A stretch of DNA of 64,000 nucleotides from Candidatus Kapaibacteriota bacterium. GTDB taxonomy: Bacteria; Bacteroidota; Ignavibacteria; Kapaibacteriales; Kapaibacteriaceae. The stretch covers positions 10,786 to 74,785 of the forward strand of contig JBKJNB010000072.1 in assembly GCA_046595995.1 (NCBI GenBank), given 5' to 3'. Below, piece after piece: positions 51,558 through 62,396 of this stretch. Within the stretch, counting starts at the first letter, position 1; each line of letters begins with the position of its first letter. Under the pieces are notes generated by a model. That model did no database searches and was not told the origin of the DNA. It saw nothing but the letters and a program-made list of their open reading frames with translations. Made by a program: the position numbers and the translations under genes.

Positions 51558-52180
51558 GATGCGGTGCGTAGAGTTTGTCGCACAGCATCATAGACAGGAC
51601 GTGCATTGTTGAACGACGTCTCATTCACCGGCTCATCGCCGTACCACGTTCGTTCGAAGACACGCACGGCGTCGGCAAACGCAGCGTGCACGGTTGGCTC
51701 AGCAACCTCGCGCAGATAGTCGCGATTGGTTTTATCCTTTTTCCACACAATGCTTCCTGCGCTCTGCAAATCCTGTAGCGATCGCAAATACAAGTATCGA
51801 ATAGCAGAACGCCATCGTTGCGCCGCGACCTCTTGGCCGATAATGCGATCCATGTCATTTTCAGCGATGTCTTCAACATCAAGTGCAGAGCCCCTTACTG
51901 CAAGATTTTTCTGCCGTAAAAGACGCTTTCCATTTTTTAGCCAGACGAAGACAATGCCAATTACGAGAAGGCCTAACACGCCCCATAACAAACCGTCGAT
52001 TGCAGGCGCATTTTTCTCGGCTGTCTCACCAAGGAGTGACAAGAACCAGCGCACGAAGCGATCCCAAAGTGACTCTGGTCGAAACGTCGAAGCATATGCG
52101 AATGCCTTTTCATGCGCCAGGCTGTCAAGCCAGACGCGCGGAACAGGATCGATGGTTACTATCGTTGTGTCGGCAATCAA
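51554..52180 (-). CDS. DUF4129-domain protein
   Basis: AIRYLYL..L..L....I.W...KTNRDY and FERTWYG motifs. Confidence 0.8.
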   Translation of the reverse strand: MIADTTIVTIDPVPRVWLDSLAHEKAFAYASTFRPESLWDRFVRWFLSLLGETAEKNAPAIDGLLWGVLGLLVIGIVFVWLKNGKRLLRQKNLAVRGSALDVEDIAENDMDRIIGQEVAAQRWRSAIRYLYLRSLQDLQSAGSIVWKKDKTNRDYLREVAEPTVHAAFADAVRVFERTWYGDEPVNETSFNNARPVYDAVRQTLRTAS

Positions 52181-53073
52181 CGATTGTCCGTAGAGAATGC
52201 CGACACGTCACCGCCACCAATTGCACTTACACGTCCGAGGAGTCCACTGCCTTCAGTACGTTCCACTTCGCGGTAATAGAGCACAACAATTGCAGTTGAC
52301 GCAAGTGCTGTGATACACGTTGTTAGAATGTGTGCCGCTACACGAACAATCGATCCCACAATTTGTAGCCCAATTGTAGTTGCTTCGGATCCTGTGTCTT
52401 TAGTCATGACTTCGATGAGAAATAGCGCAGAGCCAGGGAGATCGACAACCCACCCTACGAATAGAGCACAGAGGAACATGAGAACGAGGTAGAAAAACGC
52501 CCACCACCAGTCGCCTTTGATGAGTGTTAGGCTACGTTTAATTGAAGCACCGACAGTTAATGACTCTGCGAACTGCGCAACAATCATGATGCTCAGCGCG
52601 ATGCCGATGTAGATGCCCGGCACGACAAGGACAACCAAGCCAAGTATCGTGAGCATGGTGCGCGCAAACCACCCAGCAAATGCACGTGTCCAGACGCCCT
52701 GCAGTGCGATGCGAATCTCTGGTACCGTAGGTAGTCGGTGTAGGCGGTGGTACTCTAAGAAGTAAATCACCACTACCACGCTCGCAACAAGGTCTGCGCA
52801 AAAGTCAATGACAATTGCCACATAGAACATCCAGAGCGGCACGGTAGAAGATGATTGCCCAAATCCGAATTCCGCAAGAATGGCAGCGTACGGACTCTCG
52901 CGCTCGGTGTATTCGAGCCCGATAGCGGCTAGGACTATTATCGGACCCGCCACAGTTAGCAACAGAATCATTAGCGGCTTGAAAGCATTGCGCATTAGCT
53001 CGAACGTTGCGGATATCGTCTCTGCGAACGGACGAAGCCTATCCATGGGCACGTACTTGTCATACATCGGCAT
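52177..53073 (-). CDS. Multipass membrane protein of the MoxR cluster
   Basis: R.F.ETIS.TF, SIKRS..LIKG.WW and Y....ER.EG.GL patterns; start uncertain. Confidence 0.65.
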   Translation of the reverse strand: MPMYDKYVPMDRLRPFAETISATFELMRNAFKPLMILLLTVAGPIIVLAAIGLEYTERESPYAAILAEFGFGQSSSTVPLWMFYVAIVIDFCADLVASVVVVIYFLEYHRLHRLPTVPEIRIALQGVWTRAFAGWFARTMLTILGLVVLVVPGIYIGIALSIMIVAQFAESLTVGASIKRSLTLIKGDWWWAFFYLVLMFLCALFVGWVVDLPGSALFLIEVMTKDTGSEATTIGLQIVGSIVRVAAHILTTCITALASTAIVVLYYREVERTEGSGLLGRVSAIGGGDVSAFSTDNR

Positions 53074-54022
53074 GCTTTCGTAAAAGTGTTCGAGGAAGAA
53101 CAAGAACGTACCAGACCATGAACGCAAGCGTACCGACGACGATCAGAATATTTACAGGCAACGGCATATCTGTAAGTCGCGTTACGAACGACTCGAACAC
53201 AGCGGCGATAATGATCAATGGAATGAGACCGATTGCAATTTTTATAGCAGAAGACACACCACGCTTGAACGACTCCATGCGGGTATACGTGCGGGGCAGC
53301 AGAATTGCAGTCCCAATGCGGAAGCCAGCGCCAGCAGCAACAACAACACATGACAGCTCGATCGATCCATGCACATACACACCAAGAAAGAAGCGTCCGA
53401 CTTCTCCGTGCGAGAAGAAGAGCGCGTGAAAGGCACCAATCATTACGCCGTTTGTGATGAGCATGTACATCGGACCGACCACAACGAGCAATCCCACGAC
53501 AACCATGCGCATCATAACGAACAGATTGTTCATAGCAATGCCCAGGAACATCATGTAGCCGTCAGATTCTTTGTACACACCCATCGGATTACCAGAACGA
53601 ATGTTCTGAATCGTCATGTCGACGTAAGCGTTACCCATGATGCCTCGCAGCATGCCTTCGTCGGACAAACCGAGTCCCATACCAAGTAAGAGCATTAGTA
53701 AGAAAACGGCACCACTAAACAGAATTGCGCCTCGTGCTTCTAGGAATGCCTCGGGCACCTCGCGTGACCAGAACTGTAGGAGCCTCGATGCCTTGTCACG
53801 CCTGTTCTTGTACAGCATTCCGTGCACACGTGCAGCAAGTTGGTTCAGGTATCGATGTGTTGTGCTGTCGGGATATTGCGCAGCGGCATGGGCGAGGTCG
53901 TCTGTGATGTCTACAAACAGCGACGCCAGACGGTCAGGATCGACGTCCTTTCCGTTCGCAAGATCTTTTTCGAACTCCTGCCATTGCTCCTGATGCCCTC
54001 GAACGAATGCGGGTTCGCGCAT
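53060..54022 (-). CDS. Stage II sporulation protein M family (DUF95) membrane protein
   Basis: MREPAFV...W, DDLA.A..YP, LN.L, G.AYVDMT..NI..GNPM.VY, HGSIEL and AA.FESFVT motifs. Confidence 0.9.
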   Translation of the reverse strand: MREPAFVRGHQEQWQEFEKDLANGKDVDPDRLASLFVDITDDLAHAAAQYPDSTTHRYLNQLAARVHGMLYKNRRDKASRLLQFWSREVPEAFLEARGAILFSGAVFLLMLLLGMGLGLSDEGMLRGIMGNAYVDMTIQNIRSGNPMGVYKESDGYMMFLGIAMNNLFVMMRMVVVGLLVVVGPMYMLITNGVMIGAFHALFFSHGEVGRFFLGVYVHGSIELSCVVVAAGAGFRIGTAILLPRTYTRMESFKRGVSSAIKIAIGLIPLIIIAAVFESFVTRLTDMPLPVNILIVVGTLAFMVWYVLVLPRTLLRKHADV

Positions 54023-54144
54023 GAATTATCCCTTCGTGACGCACGCAGGTCGCGTTTTAGGTATGCCCTCGTGACGAGCAAATATATGATCGTGTACTCA
54101 TTGCATTCCTCTTGCGATATTGCACGCAATATGACAGGCAACCA

Positions 54145-54942
54145 GTGAGCACCATAGAAATCGACACTACACAAAACGTTAGCATTCGTTTTCAAACCGC
54201 GAACGTTCTCGAAAGAATTCTTTCTCGGATAATTGACGGTGTTATCGCAACTGTCTTTCTGTACGCATGCTTTCTACCATTGGGGCTGCTTAGCTTCAAC
54301 GATTCTGGTGTAACAATGCCGTGGTTGCTCACAACGCTCGCCGTTCTAGTGTTTGTGCTCGTGTTTTTCTACTCGTTTATTATGGAGTCGATCTTCCACG
54401 GACAGACCGTTGGCAAAATGGCCATGAATATTCGCGTCGTGCGAATGGATGGCACAGAGCCTTCCATTGGCAACTATGCGGTTAGGTTTCTTGTTGCCGT
54501 GTTCGAGGTTACGATGACGTTCGGGGTGGTGGCAACAATTGCCAGCCTCGTCTCAAAGTCCGGACAGCGCCTGGGTGACATGGCAGCAGGCACGCTCGTG
54601 GTGCGCAAGGCACGCAAGGTTACACTCGCCCAAGTCGGCATGGTGGCAGATGCACCCCAACACGTAATTAAATATCATAGCGCCGGCAGCCTATCACCGG
54701 CGGATGTAGAAGTGCTAAAGGAAGTGTTGCACGAAGCGAAGGTTAGGAGCCGAACCTCGGACGCTACGCACATAGTACTCGAAGCCGCCAAGAGGCGTAT
54801 CGAGGTTGTTCTTCGCGAATCGTCTGATGATGCGGCATTAATCTTTTTGCTAGACGTGCTCGCCGATTACAATGCGATACACGGATCGGCACATGGTGCA
54901 ATGCCTCTGGGCACTACCAGCGATACCGTGCGCCGAGGTTAA
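54145..54942 (+). CDS. RDD family membrane protein
   Basis: I.TTQNV.I....A...RI...IID, GQTVGK....IRVV..DG and QRLGDMAAGT.VV; GTG 54145 is the likely start. Confidence 0.9.
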   Translation: MSTIEIDTTQNVSIRFQTANVLERILSRIIDGVIATVFLYACFLPLGLLSFNDSGVTMPWLLTTLAVLVFVLVFFYSFIMESIFHGQTVGKMAMNIRVVRMDGTEPSIGNYAVRFLVAVFEVTMTFGVVATIASLVSKSGQRLGDMAAGTLVVRKARKVTLAQVGMVADAPQHVIKYHSAGSLSPADVEVLKEVLHEAKVRSRTSDATHIVLEAAKRRIEVVLRESSDDAALIFLLDVLADYNAIHGSAHGAMPLGTTSDTVRRG

Positions 54943-57335
54943 TACCAATGATGTTATGCGTCCAGTCACCATCGGTTATTAGCTTGCCGAGAGGCTGCGT
55001 GTATTGAGCTTCTAGAAACACCGACATCCTGAACGTAACAGGATACATGAACCCAATTCCACCAAAGGCAGCGGCGTTTACGGCTCGTAACGATGAAAGA
55101 CTCTCAGGCGCCCTGCGCTGCGAGCGTGTACCGTCTGCAAACGTGAAATTGGATGGCTGGATAATGGTCTGCGATACATTTACGCTCGAGCCAAGCGCCA
55201 TAGTAGCCTGCACGCCGCCTAACAGATAAAAGAATCGCAACGGGAACCACTCCGCGGCGAACCCAAGGCTTAAGAATGGGGCGCTAACGCTAAGGGTCGT
55301 GCCTTCTTGGTAAGGAGTGATACGCTGCGATAACGTGTCAAACACGCCACGTTCAACAGTGTCGGCCGAGACCATCGTGCCGCCAAGGACGTTAACCGAC
55401 AGCCGTGCCGTTAGGATAAAGTCTTGCGACATACGCCGTCCGAGCAGCAAACCACCACCGCCGGCAAAGCCCTGGCCTGGAGTAAATGTCGATTGGCCCG
55501 ACACACCATCCGTTGTGCGAAAGTTCGTTTCGTGAAACACGTGAGCAGGAGATACATAAGCACCAGCCATCCATGCACCCTCTGAAGCGCACTCAACCTC
55601 GCGCCCGGGCGTTAGAATGAACGCGTAACGTTCTGTGAGAGCATCGAACACATAACAAATGGTGAACTGGCTAGCATTGTCCGCCATATCGACGGCACTG
55701 ATCACGATTCGTCCTGGGCTCCCTTGCGACGATGGACGAATTCGGGCCGTAGCCTGTGGCGTGCCCTCGTCTATTTTTGGAATTTCAGCGTCTAACGATG
55801 CGGAATACAGAACCTTAATCGATTTGATGCCTCGATCGCTGGTTCTATCATCACGAAATACAACAAGAAAGTCATCGCGGACTTTACGGCCTTCTGCGAG
55901 CGGTGCGAGCGTATCGACAAGTCTACTTAATTCGAAGAACGACTGCCCCGCCATATTGCCATACGCGTCGTAGGCGTCGGTCTTGAAGCCAAATCCATAC
56001 GAATACAAACCGAATGGTGTGCCCGGATCGCCAGCAATCGGAAGACTATTGATGAGGTGCGTTCCAAACGGAATACCGATTTGTGCGATCGAGTAACGAC
56101 TCTCGCCCAGGACCTTGAAGTCAGCGGTATCAAGCCGGCGTCCGTTAAGGCGCAACCCACTAATCGAACTTGTTGGGGTTACGACATTGATGTAGTGATG
56201 CCAGTCGCCGTTAATCGGAGTTGCAAAACGATACTCGTTCAGGAACTGCTGCGTTGGGCTTATCAAAATCATCATGGGGTCGCCCACACTGTCACCATTC
56301 TTGAAGCCTTGCGCAAACTGCGCAACGAGAACAGGCTTGTCTGCCGTTACCTGGATATGGCGATTGACATTGAGGTTCTCGAAGAACTCGCCTTTGCGAA
56401 GAACAGCTACGAGCTTTGCGTCTTCGAACACGCGTGTATTGTCTTCTGACGAGATATACGTACCGTGTAATCTCGTCAGAAGACAATACACGGTACGTAT
56501 ATCTCGAGCGCTCTTTTAGCATGCCGAGATAATAATGCATGCCCCATGCTGTTATCGGCGGCATCTGTTCGACAAGGTGATTACACGCGTCGATCTTGGG
56601 CGGTACATACGCGCACTGGTGGCCGCTAAACACTGCAATCTTTTTGTTGGCCTTGACGAGAGTACCTGTAAGGTCACAAGGGCCTATCGATTCGAAGCGC
56701 GCGTTAACCGTATAGACATCGCCTCTGCGCAGATTTACTTTAAACGGCTGACCGATCCGACGACCAGTGCTTGTCGTCGCATTCGGCGTTATCTCTACTT
56801 CGGTATCATCCTCTGTAGCAATAATGCTGATGGCAGACAAAAGATCTGCTGCAAGTTTTGTGTAACCCACTGCACGATACTCTGTGCCTAGTACACTCAC
56901 GGGCAAACCCATGTATGTGTCGGTAGTCTGGAATCGACTGTTAAGCCCGTACACAGCCACTGCTGTATCCGCCGTGATATGTACGCCTAATCGTTCTGGT
57001 GTCTCGAGCGCGCGCAGCTGTGCACGTTCGGGCAACACAACAGTTACAACGCTGTTGGCCTTTACCTCGACGAGTTGTTCGAAGCCTATTTCCGTGATTT
57101 CGACACGGACCTGTGCATCGTAACTACTCGTGATGAAGAGTTGAAGCTTGAGTTTGTCAGGGCGCTGCGCAGTGCCTTGCTGTCCTTCACGAAAATTCTT
57201 CATGAAGCACACCCAGAACTCTTTTCCTTCTGAGTTCTTGGTTATGATTTCGGGGTCGCGAGCTGTGGCCGAGAGCGCACCAACATTCCACAACACACAC
57301 AGCAAAACAGCGCCAAGCAAGGTTCGTCGTATCAC
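54914..57335 (-). pseudogene. IgGFc-binding-domain protein with C-terminal outer-membrane beta-barrel, frameshifted by a 31-bp insertion
   Basis: ORFs 56292..57335 and 54914..56491 are the two halves of one IgGFc domain. Removing 56456-56486 gives a single 796-aa frame (...RYTYRV|ISSEDNTRVF...). C-terminus INLGARYRW. Confidence 0.85.
56433..56506. repeat. Two overlapping perfect inverted repeats (23 bp and 20 bp)
   Basis: 56433-56455 is the reverse complement of 56470-56492; 56450-56469 is the reverse complement of 56487-56506. Confidence 0.95.
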
Positions 57336-58102
57336 TTCTGCACCACAAACGGATACATGTATGAGCCACTGTCTGTGCCGAGCTGCAGAATGTATGCACC
57401 TGTGCTAAGCTCCGACATGAGCAAATCAAGAGCGACAACATTTTGTCCGGCCGTAGCCGATACGTCCTTCAACACCTGCACTAGGCGTCCGCGAGTATCG
57501 CGCACCTGCATGTGAGCTACGCCAGCGGCACGCATAACAAAGGCAACCGTTGCTCCCGTGGCAACGGGGTTTGGATAGATAGTCGTTATTCCTTCGGCGT
57601 TCGGATCCTGTATAACACCGCCACCTAAGCGCTTTACAACGCCGCTGGTAAACACTGCGTCGGCCACATCAACACCGTTCTGACGGAGGGCAGTCGGCAC
57701 AAGAAGCCCGATGGCTTCAGACCCCTGAAGGAATTGCACGTCTACGGCGAAGAGCTGTCCGTTTGTTTTTGCAAGAACATTATCGCATTCAACGACCAGG
57801 CGGCTGCGGTCTGCATCGATGGCTACGTTTTCGACAATCGTCGGTGCCACGCAACGGTAGGCCCAAAGGCCGCTACCCGTAAGGGCTCGAATAGACACGA
57901 TCTGATGCGGATACTCGAGGGTAATTCTTGAACTACCGTCTTCTGAAATGGTGCCGCTTACCATTACACGGAGTACCTGACCAGGTGCGCCACTTGTCTC
58001 CGCTGGTACGCGCACCTCATCGAGTGCACGTGTGACAACGGCACTGCAGAACAGTACGAGAGAGGCGATAACGAAGAGCGGAAGGCGGTAGGGGTAGTGC
58101 AT
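57332..58102 (-). CDS. Small T9SS type A cargo (single cohesin-like domain plus CTD)
   Basis: Signal peptide; GAPGQVLRVMV; IYPNP...RDTRGRLV...LSTGAYIL; TATATTTG upstream at 58119-58126. Confidence 0.8.
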   Translation of the reverse strand: MHYPYRLPLFVIASLVLFCSAVVTRALDEVRVPAETSGAPGQVLRVMVSGTISEDGSSRITLEYPHQIVSIRALTGSGLWAYRCVAPTIVENVAIDADRSRLVVECDNVLAKTNGQLFAVDVQFLQGSEAIGLLVPTALRQNGVDVADAVFTSGVVKRLGGGVIQDPNAEGITTIYPNPVATGATVAFVMRAAGVAHMQVRDTRGRLVQVLKDVSATAGQNVVALDLLMSELSTGAYILQLGTDSGSYMYPFVVQK

Positions 58103-58136
58103 GCGTTGTAAGGTGCGGCAAATATACCATGACCTG

Positions 58137-60122
58137 CTAGTACTCTTGGAGAATGATCACATCATAGCCCTTTGCCTTGCTGCCCGCAACAACCAGCGTG
58201 TAGCTATTGCCTAACGGACCGAAGTTGATGGGCAACTGGAAGAGTGTTTCAAATGTGTCAGAATTATATACGTAGAAGGTGCCTCGACGATCGCGTGTAT
58301 TCAAATCTGAGGGTGAGACTAGCCCGTACGCAACCCTGTCAGCGAGTTTTTCAGCATCCGGCGTTTGGCTCGGGACAGAGTCGTACGCAATAGAAACGAG
58401 ACCGACATCGGCGGTTGCGTTGATCACACGACGCTGAGAAGCGCCAGGTTGGATGAGTAAGGGAGCACTGCTGAGTTGAATGATGTTTGGCATTCCACCA
58501 CCCTCTGCATAGATGGCTAATGTACGTTCACCGAGGACTGGCATTAGTGAGGCGCTTGCAGCGCCAACACTTAGTGAAATCGGTGATAAATCCACGCTTG
58601 TTGTGAAACCACCCCTATAGTAGAGGCGAGCATTGTTGACGATAGAGCCGAGGTTAACGGTTTCGAAATCGTTTGTTGGGGATGCATTAACGATACGCAC
58701 GATAGCAGCGCTGGCAGCTGCTACGAGGGGTACGTCTAGGTCGTCGTCATCAATGAGATAATCTGAAATCCCACCGCTCATGTTGTCTGCAACGATGAGT
58801 TCGTATGATCTGTCTGCTTCGACGTTCAGCCGCATAATAGCAAGCACGACTGTCGGTGATCCTGCAGTTGAAACCGTAACTGGAATTTGTCCGGGGGCTT
58901 CTGCAAAGGGGCTCGATGTATTGTCGAAGGTTAAGCCGCTCGCAATGGTTTTGCCAGCCGTGAAGCCATTGGGCGAGCTAACGTCTGTGCGCGCACCTAT
59001 CGACACGACAAGTGGTCCTACCAAGGCACTTGCATGCGTAACACGAATCACGGCTTTACCACCCGCTCCGCTTGGTTTCAGTGGAGGTGGGATAATGATA
59101 ATCCGCGCCTCGCCTGCCGTATCGGCGGTAACGATTGTATAAGACTGACGCACGTTTAGCGATGTGCTATCAATGGCATTGCGCCCGTCAGCATACGCTA
59201 GCGTAAATACATCGGGTTCAATGCGTTCGCATGTTGTTACCTGTGCGAGCGTGCTTATACGTCCGGTGCCCAACGCCGAAGCAAGAGTTTGTCCACTCGA
59301 TTGCACTGTTACCGTCGAGGGCGAATTCGCCACGTTCACAACACGAATGTCTGCGTTTCGAGCTATCACTGGTACGAATGTCCTGCCGACGTTTTGGGTG
59401 GTATCCGATTCGTCCATGAGCAGTACCGAGGGCTGCGAGCCCCCTGCCAGCGACGGGTAGAAGATGATGGAGTACGGCACGTATTCCATTAACGTGCATT
59501 CGAATGTGCCAAGAATAGTCGTGTCGGTTAGTGCCGTGCGTATGAGCGTGAACACCGTAAAGCCGGCCGGGATTTCGCGGTATATAGAACCTACCCGAAA
59601 CGGAATGGGGATTGAGGTCAGAAGGGGTCCACTCGGACATCCCACCCGTACCTGATACGTTGTGTTGCTTTCAGGTACAACATTGATAACCCGAACCTGG
59701 GCCATAGGCGTTGTTGTAAGCACTTGTGATGCATTAAACACAATAATCGTATCTGGCACTGCTGGCTGCAGGGTGTCGCCTACAACAAAGACGTCGTAGA
59801 TACTTCCGCGCGTGAATCGCTCGCGGCTGGTGGTGCGTAGTTCAGTCGTTGCACCAGCAAGCACTTCGATAAGACTCGAATCTCCGGGCGACACTACAAC
59901 TGCACTCACCAATCCTGTGGGTATTTCAGGCGTCTGAACGTTCCTCTCCAAGAGCATCCTTCGGGCCGTGTTGCCAGGCATGAGATTAAAGAATCTAACC
60001 CGAATATCTGCCGATCCCGGCGGTGGGTTCACGATGTTTGCGTCCTCTGAAGCACAGCCTGCAACGAGCAGGATGCAGAGGATTGCGAGAACTGAGAATG
60101 TGCGAAGGGGTATGTTGGGCAT
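58137..60122 (-). CDS. Lipoprotein with multiple DUF4397-like repeats
   Basis: Lipobox VAGC; recurring [32 protein letters not shown] and RVINA with downstream Y.I/L strands. Confidence 0.75.
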   Translation of the reverse strand: MPNIPLRTFSVLAILCILLVAGCASEDANIVNPPPGSADIRVRFFNLMPGNTARRMLLERNVQTPEIPTGLVSAVVVSPGDSSLIEVLAGATTELRTTSRERFTRGSIYDVFVVGDTLQPAVPDTIIVFNASQVLTTTPMAQVRVINVVPESNTTYQVRVGCPSGPLLTSIPIPFRVGSIYREIPAGFTVFTLIRTALTDTTILGTFECTLMEYVPYSIIFYPSLAGGSQPSVLLMDESDTTQNVGRTFVPVIARNADIRVVNVANSPSTVTVQSSGQTLASALGTGRISTLAQVTTCERIEPDVFTLAYADGRNAIDSTSLNVRQSYTIVTADTAGEARIIIIPPPLKPSGAGGKAVIRVTHASALVGPLVVSIGARTDVSSPNGFTAGKTIASGLTFDNTSSPFAEAPGQIPVTVSTAGSPTVVLAIMRLNVEADRSYELIVADNMSGGISDYLIDDDDLDVPLVAAASAAIVRIVNASPTNDFETVNLGSIVNNARLYYRGGFTTSVDLSPISLSVGAASASLMPVLGERTLAIYAEGGGMPNIIQLSSAPLLIQPGASQRRVINATADVGLVSIAYDSVPSQTPDAEKLADRVAYGLVSPSDLNTRDRRGTFYVYNSDTFETLFQLPINFGPLGNSYTLVVAGSKAKGYDVIILQEY

Positions 60123-60164
60123 GGGGACGAACCGGAACGAACGGCAAGTTGCGATATTTTTGTG

Positions 60165-61244
60165 ATGAACGTGGAAGAACGACTACTAGCCATATTGGAC
60201 AGATTTCGTGCTGTGGAGCACTCGCTGAATGACCCCCAGGTCGTGAACGATGTGAACCGCCTGCGCGACGCGTCGAGAGAATATGCTTCTCTTCGGCCTG
60301 TGGCCGCGGCTGCAACGCTGTACCTCGACTATAGCCGTGGCTTGGCCGAGAACCGAAGTATGATAGACGACGACGCCACAGACCCAGATATGCGTCAGAT
60401 GGCATACGACGACTCAAAGCGCATTCAGGATGAACTGGCAGAGCTTGAAAACCGTTTGAAAATCCTTTTAATTCCGCGCGACCCACTCGACATGAAGAGC
60501 TGCATTGTGGAGGTCCGTGCCGGAACGGGCGGTGACGAGGCAGGCATCTTCGTTGGCGACTTATTCCGTATGTATCAGCGTTACTGCGAACGGCACGCCT
60601 GGAAGCTTGAGACGATTGACTTTACAGAGTCGGAACGCGGCGGCTACAAAGAAATTACTTTTAGTGTTGAAGGTGACGACGTCTACGGTGCGTTGAAGTA
60701 TGAAAGTGGCGTGCACCGTGTACAGCGCGTTCCTGAAACAGAATCGCAAGGACGCGTTCATACGAGCGCGGCAACCGTTGCGGTATTGCCCGAGGCCGAA
60801 GAGGTTGATGTACAGATTAACGACGGAGATTTACGCATCGACATCTTCCGATCTGGCGGTAAGGGCGGACAGAATGTGAACAAGGTCGAGACTGCAGTAC
60901 GCCTTGTACACATTCCCACAGGCATCGTTGTGCAATGTCAGGATGAGCGCTCGCAGCTAAAGAATCGCGACAAAGCAATGAAGGTGCTGCGTGCCCGGCT
61001 CTATGATCATGAGCTAGCAAAGCAGCAATCGGCAATTGCCGGGGCGCGCAAGAGCATGGTGAAGTCGGGCGACCGATCAGAAAAGATTCGCACGTATAAC
61101 TGGCCTCAGAATCGTGTTACCGATCACAGACTAGACGGCGATGTAAAGAATCATCCCCTGCAGCAAGTGGTGGACGGCGATCTAGACGACATCATTAATG
61201 CGTTACGAATGGCCGAACATGCTGATACTCTGCAAGGCGCATAA
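60165..61244 (+). CDS. prfA: Peptide chain release factor 1
   Basis: [25 protein letters not shown] (PxT, RF1-specific), GGQ and IRTYN motifs. Confidence 0.97.
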   Translation: MNVEERLLAILDRFRAVEHSLNDPQVVNDVNRLRDASREYASLRPVAAAATLYLDYSRGLAENRSMIDDDATDPDMRQMAYDDSKRIQDELAELENRLKILLIPRDPLDMKSCIVEVRAGTGGDEAGIFVGDLFRMYQRYCERHAWKLETIDFTESERGGYKEITFSVEGDDVYGALKYESGVHRVQRVPETESQGRVHTSAATVAVLPEAEEVDVQINDGDLRIDIFRSGGKGGQNVNKVETAVRLVHIPTGIVVQCQDERSQLKNRDKAMKVLRARLYDHELAKQQSAIAGARKSMVKSGDRSEKIRTYNWPQNRVTDHRLDGDVKNHPLQQVVDGDLDDIINALRMAEHADTLQGA

Positions 61245-61270
61245 CATTCATTTATAAACTAGGTTATGGC

Positions 61271-61738
61271 ATGGGTGATGGTCTAAAAGAACGCCTTAAA
61301 CAGCGCTCGTTCTCGTCGCCGCACCAAGAGGCATTGCTAAGCGTCCTGGTTTGCGCCGATTTCCTAACGCGCCAGTGGGAGGAAGCGTGCCTTGTGCACG
61401 GCATTACTGGTGCTCAGTACAACGTGCTGCGCATCCTGCGTGGCGTCTTTCCAGAAGGACACTCGCGTGCGGAAATAATCAGTCGCATGATTCACGCGGC
61501 GCCAGACGTTACACGTCTCATCGATCGGCTGGTACGCAGCGGTTACGCCCGCCGTGGACGCAGCAAGGAGGATGGCCGCCTATCGCTGACATATATCACG
61601 CAGAAAGGCCTTGACCTTGTATTGTCTGTGCAACCGCGGGTCGACATACTAGAATCTGACCTACGCAAACACATCGATGAAACGGAAGCTGGAACGCTTA
61701 CTTCGATATGTGAGAAGATTCTGTCGGCGGGTAGGTAA
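61271..61738 (+). CDS. MarR family transcriptional regulator
   Basis: GITGAQYNVLRILRG, PDVTRLIDRLV..GY..R....DGR and ITQKG motifs. Confidence 0.92.
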   Translation: MGDGLKERLKQRSFSSPHQEALLSVLVCADFLTRQWEEACLVHGITGAQYNVLRILRGVFPEGHSRAEIISRMIHAAPDVTRLIDRLVRSGYARRGRSKEDGRLSLTYITQKGLDLVLSVQPRVDILESDLRKHIDETEAGTLTSICEKILSAGR

Positions 61739-62362
61739 ATGTGGTTGTTCGCACTGTTCTTCGCTATTGCTTTTGCATGCAATGCACATTCGCAGGTCGG
61801 GCTGCCTGACGCTTTTGTTAACGTCGACTCCATACAAGCGAAAGCTCCTGACAGCAACGAAGTTGTTTTCGTTGAAGTCCTTAACGCAATGCGCACAAAT
61901 CCGAAATCCTTTCTGCCTGCGCTCGACCGATATGAACGCTACGTAAAATCGTTCACCCCAAATAAAACAAAGCTCAGCGTTGCGCTTCGTGAAATCCGTG
62001 CTAGGCTTAAAAAGCAGGCGCCTCTTCTGCCCCTTGCTATAAGTGATGCTTTACAAGCTGCGGCAGATGACCATGTGGGCGACCTTTCACGTAGTGGGCT
62101 TATGAGCCATTTCGGAAGTGACGGGTCGAATCCCGGAACGCGTGTCAAAAAGTATGGCTCGTACCAGATGATTGGCGAATGCATTACCATTGGGTACTTA
62201 ACACCAGATCTTATGGTAGCATCGATGCTCGTAGATGAAGGCACGCCCGATCGCGGACATCGCGAGAGTCTATTGAAGACCACCTTCACACACGTTGGCG
62301 TGGGCATAGCCGACCACCCGTCCCTGCGCATTGCAACGGTAGTCGTGCTCGGCGCTAACTAG
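61739..62362 (+). CDS. CAP (SCP) domain secreted protein
   Basis: Signal peptide; LN.MR.NP, LQAAA.DH, SH.GSDGS, GE.I and VDEG...RGHR..LL...F.HVGVG motifs. Confidence 0.88.
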   Translation: MWLFALFFAIAFACNAHSQVGLPDAFVNVDSIQAKAPDSNEVVFVEVLNAMRTNPKSFLPALDRYERYVKSFTPNKTKLSVALREIRARLKKQAPLLPLAISDALQAAADDHVGDLSRSGLMSHFGSDGSNPGTRVKKYGSYQMIGECITIGYLTPDLMVASMLVDEGTPDRGHRESLLKTTFTHVGVGIADHPSLRIATVVVLGAN

Positions 62363-62396
62363 CGCGAATTATAGCACAAAAGCGAACCCTAGAGAA

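Noticed and set aside
56440-56500. Programmed ribosomal frameshift or recombinase inverton in the IgGFc gene
   Set aside because: No slippery heptamer; a simple inversion would not add 31 bp; no recombinase nearby. A template-switch insertion explains every base.
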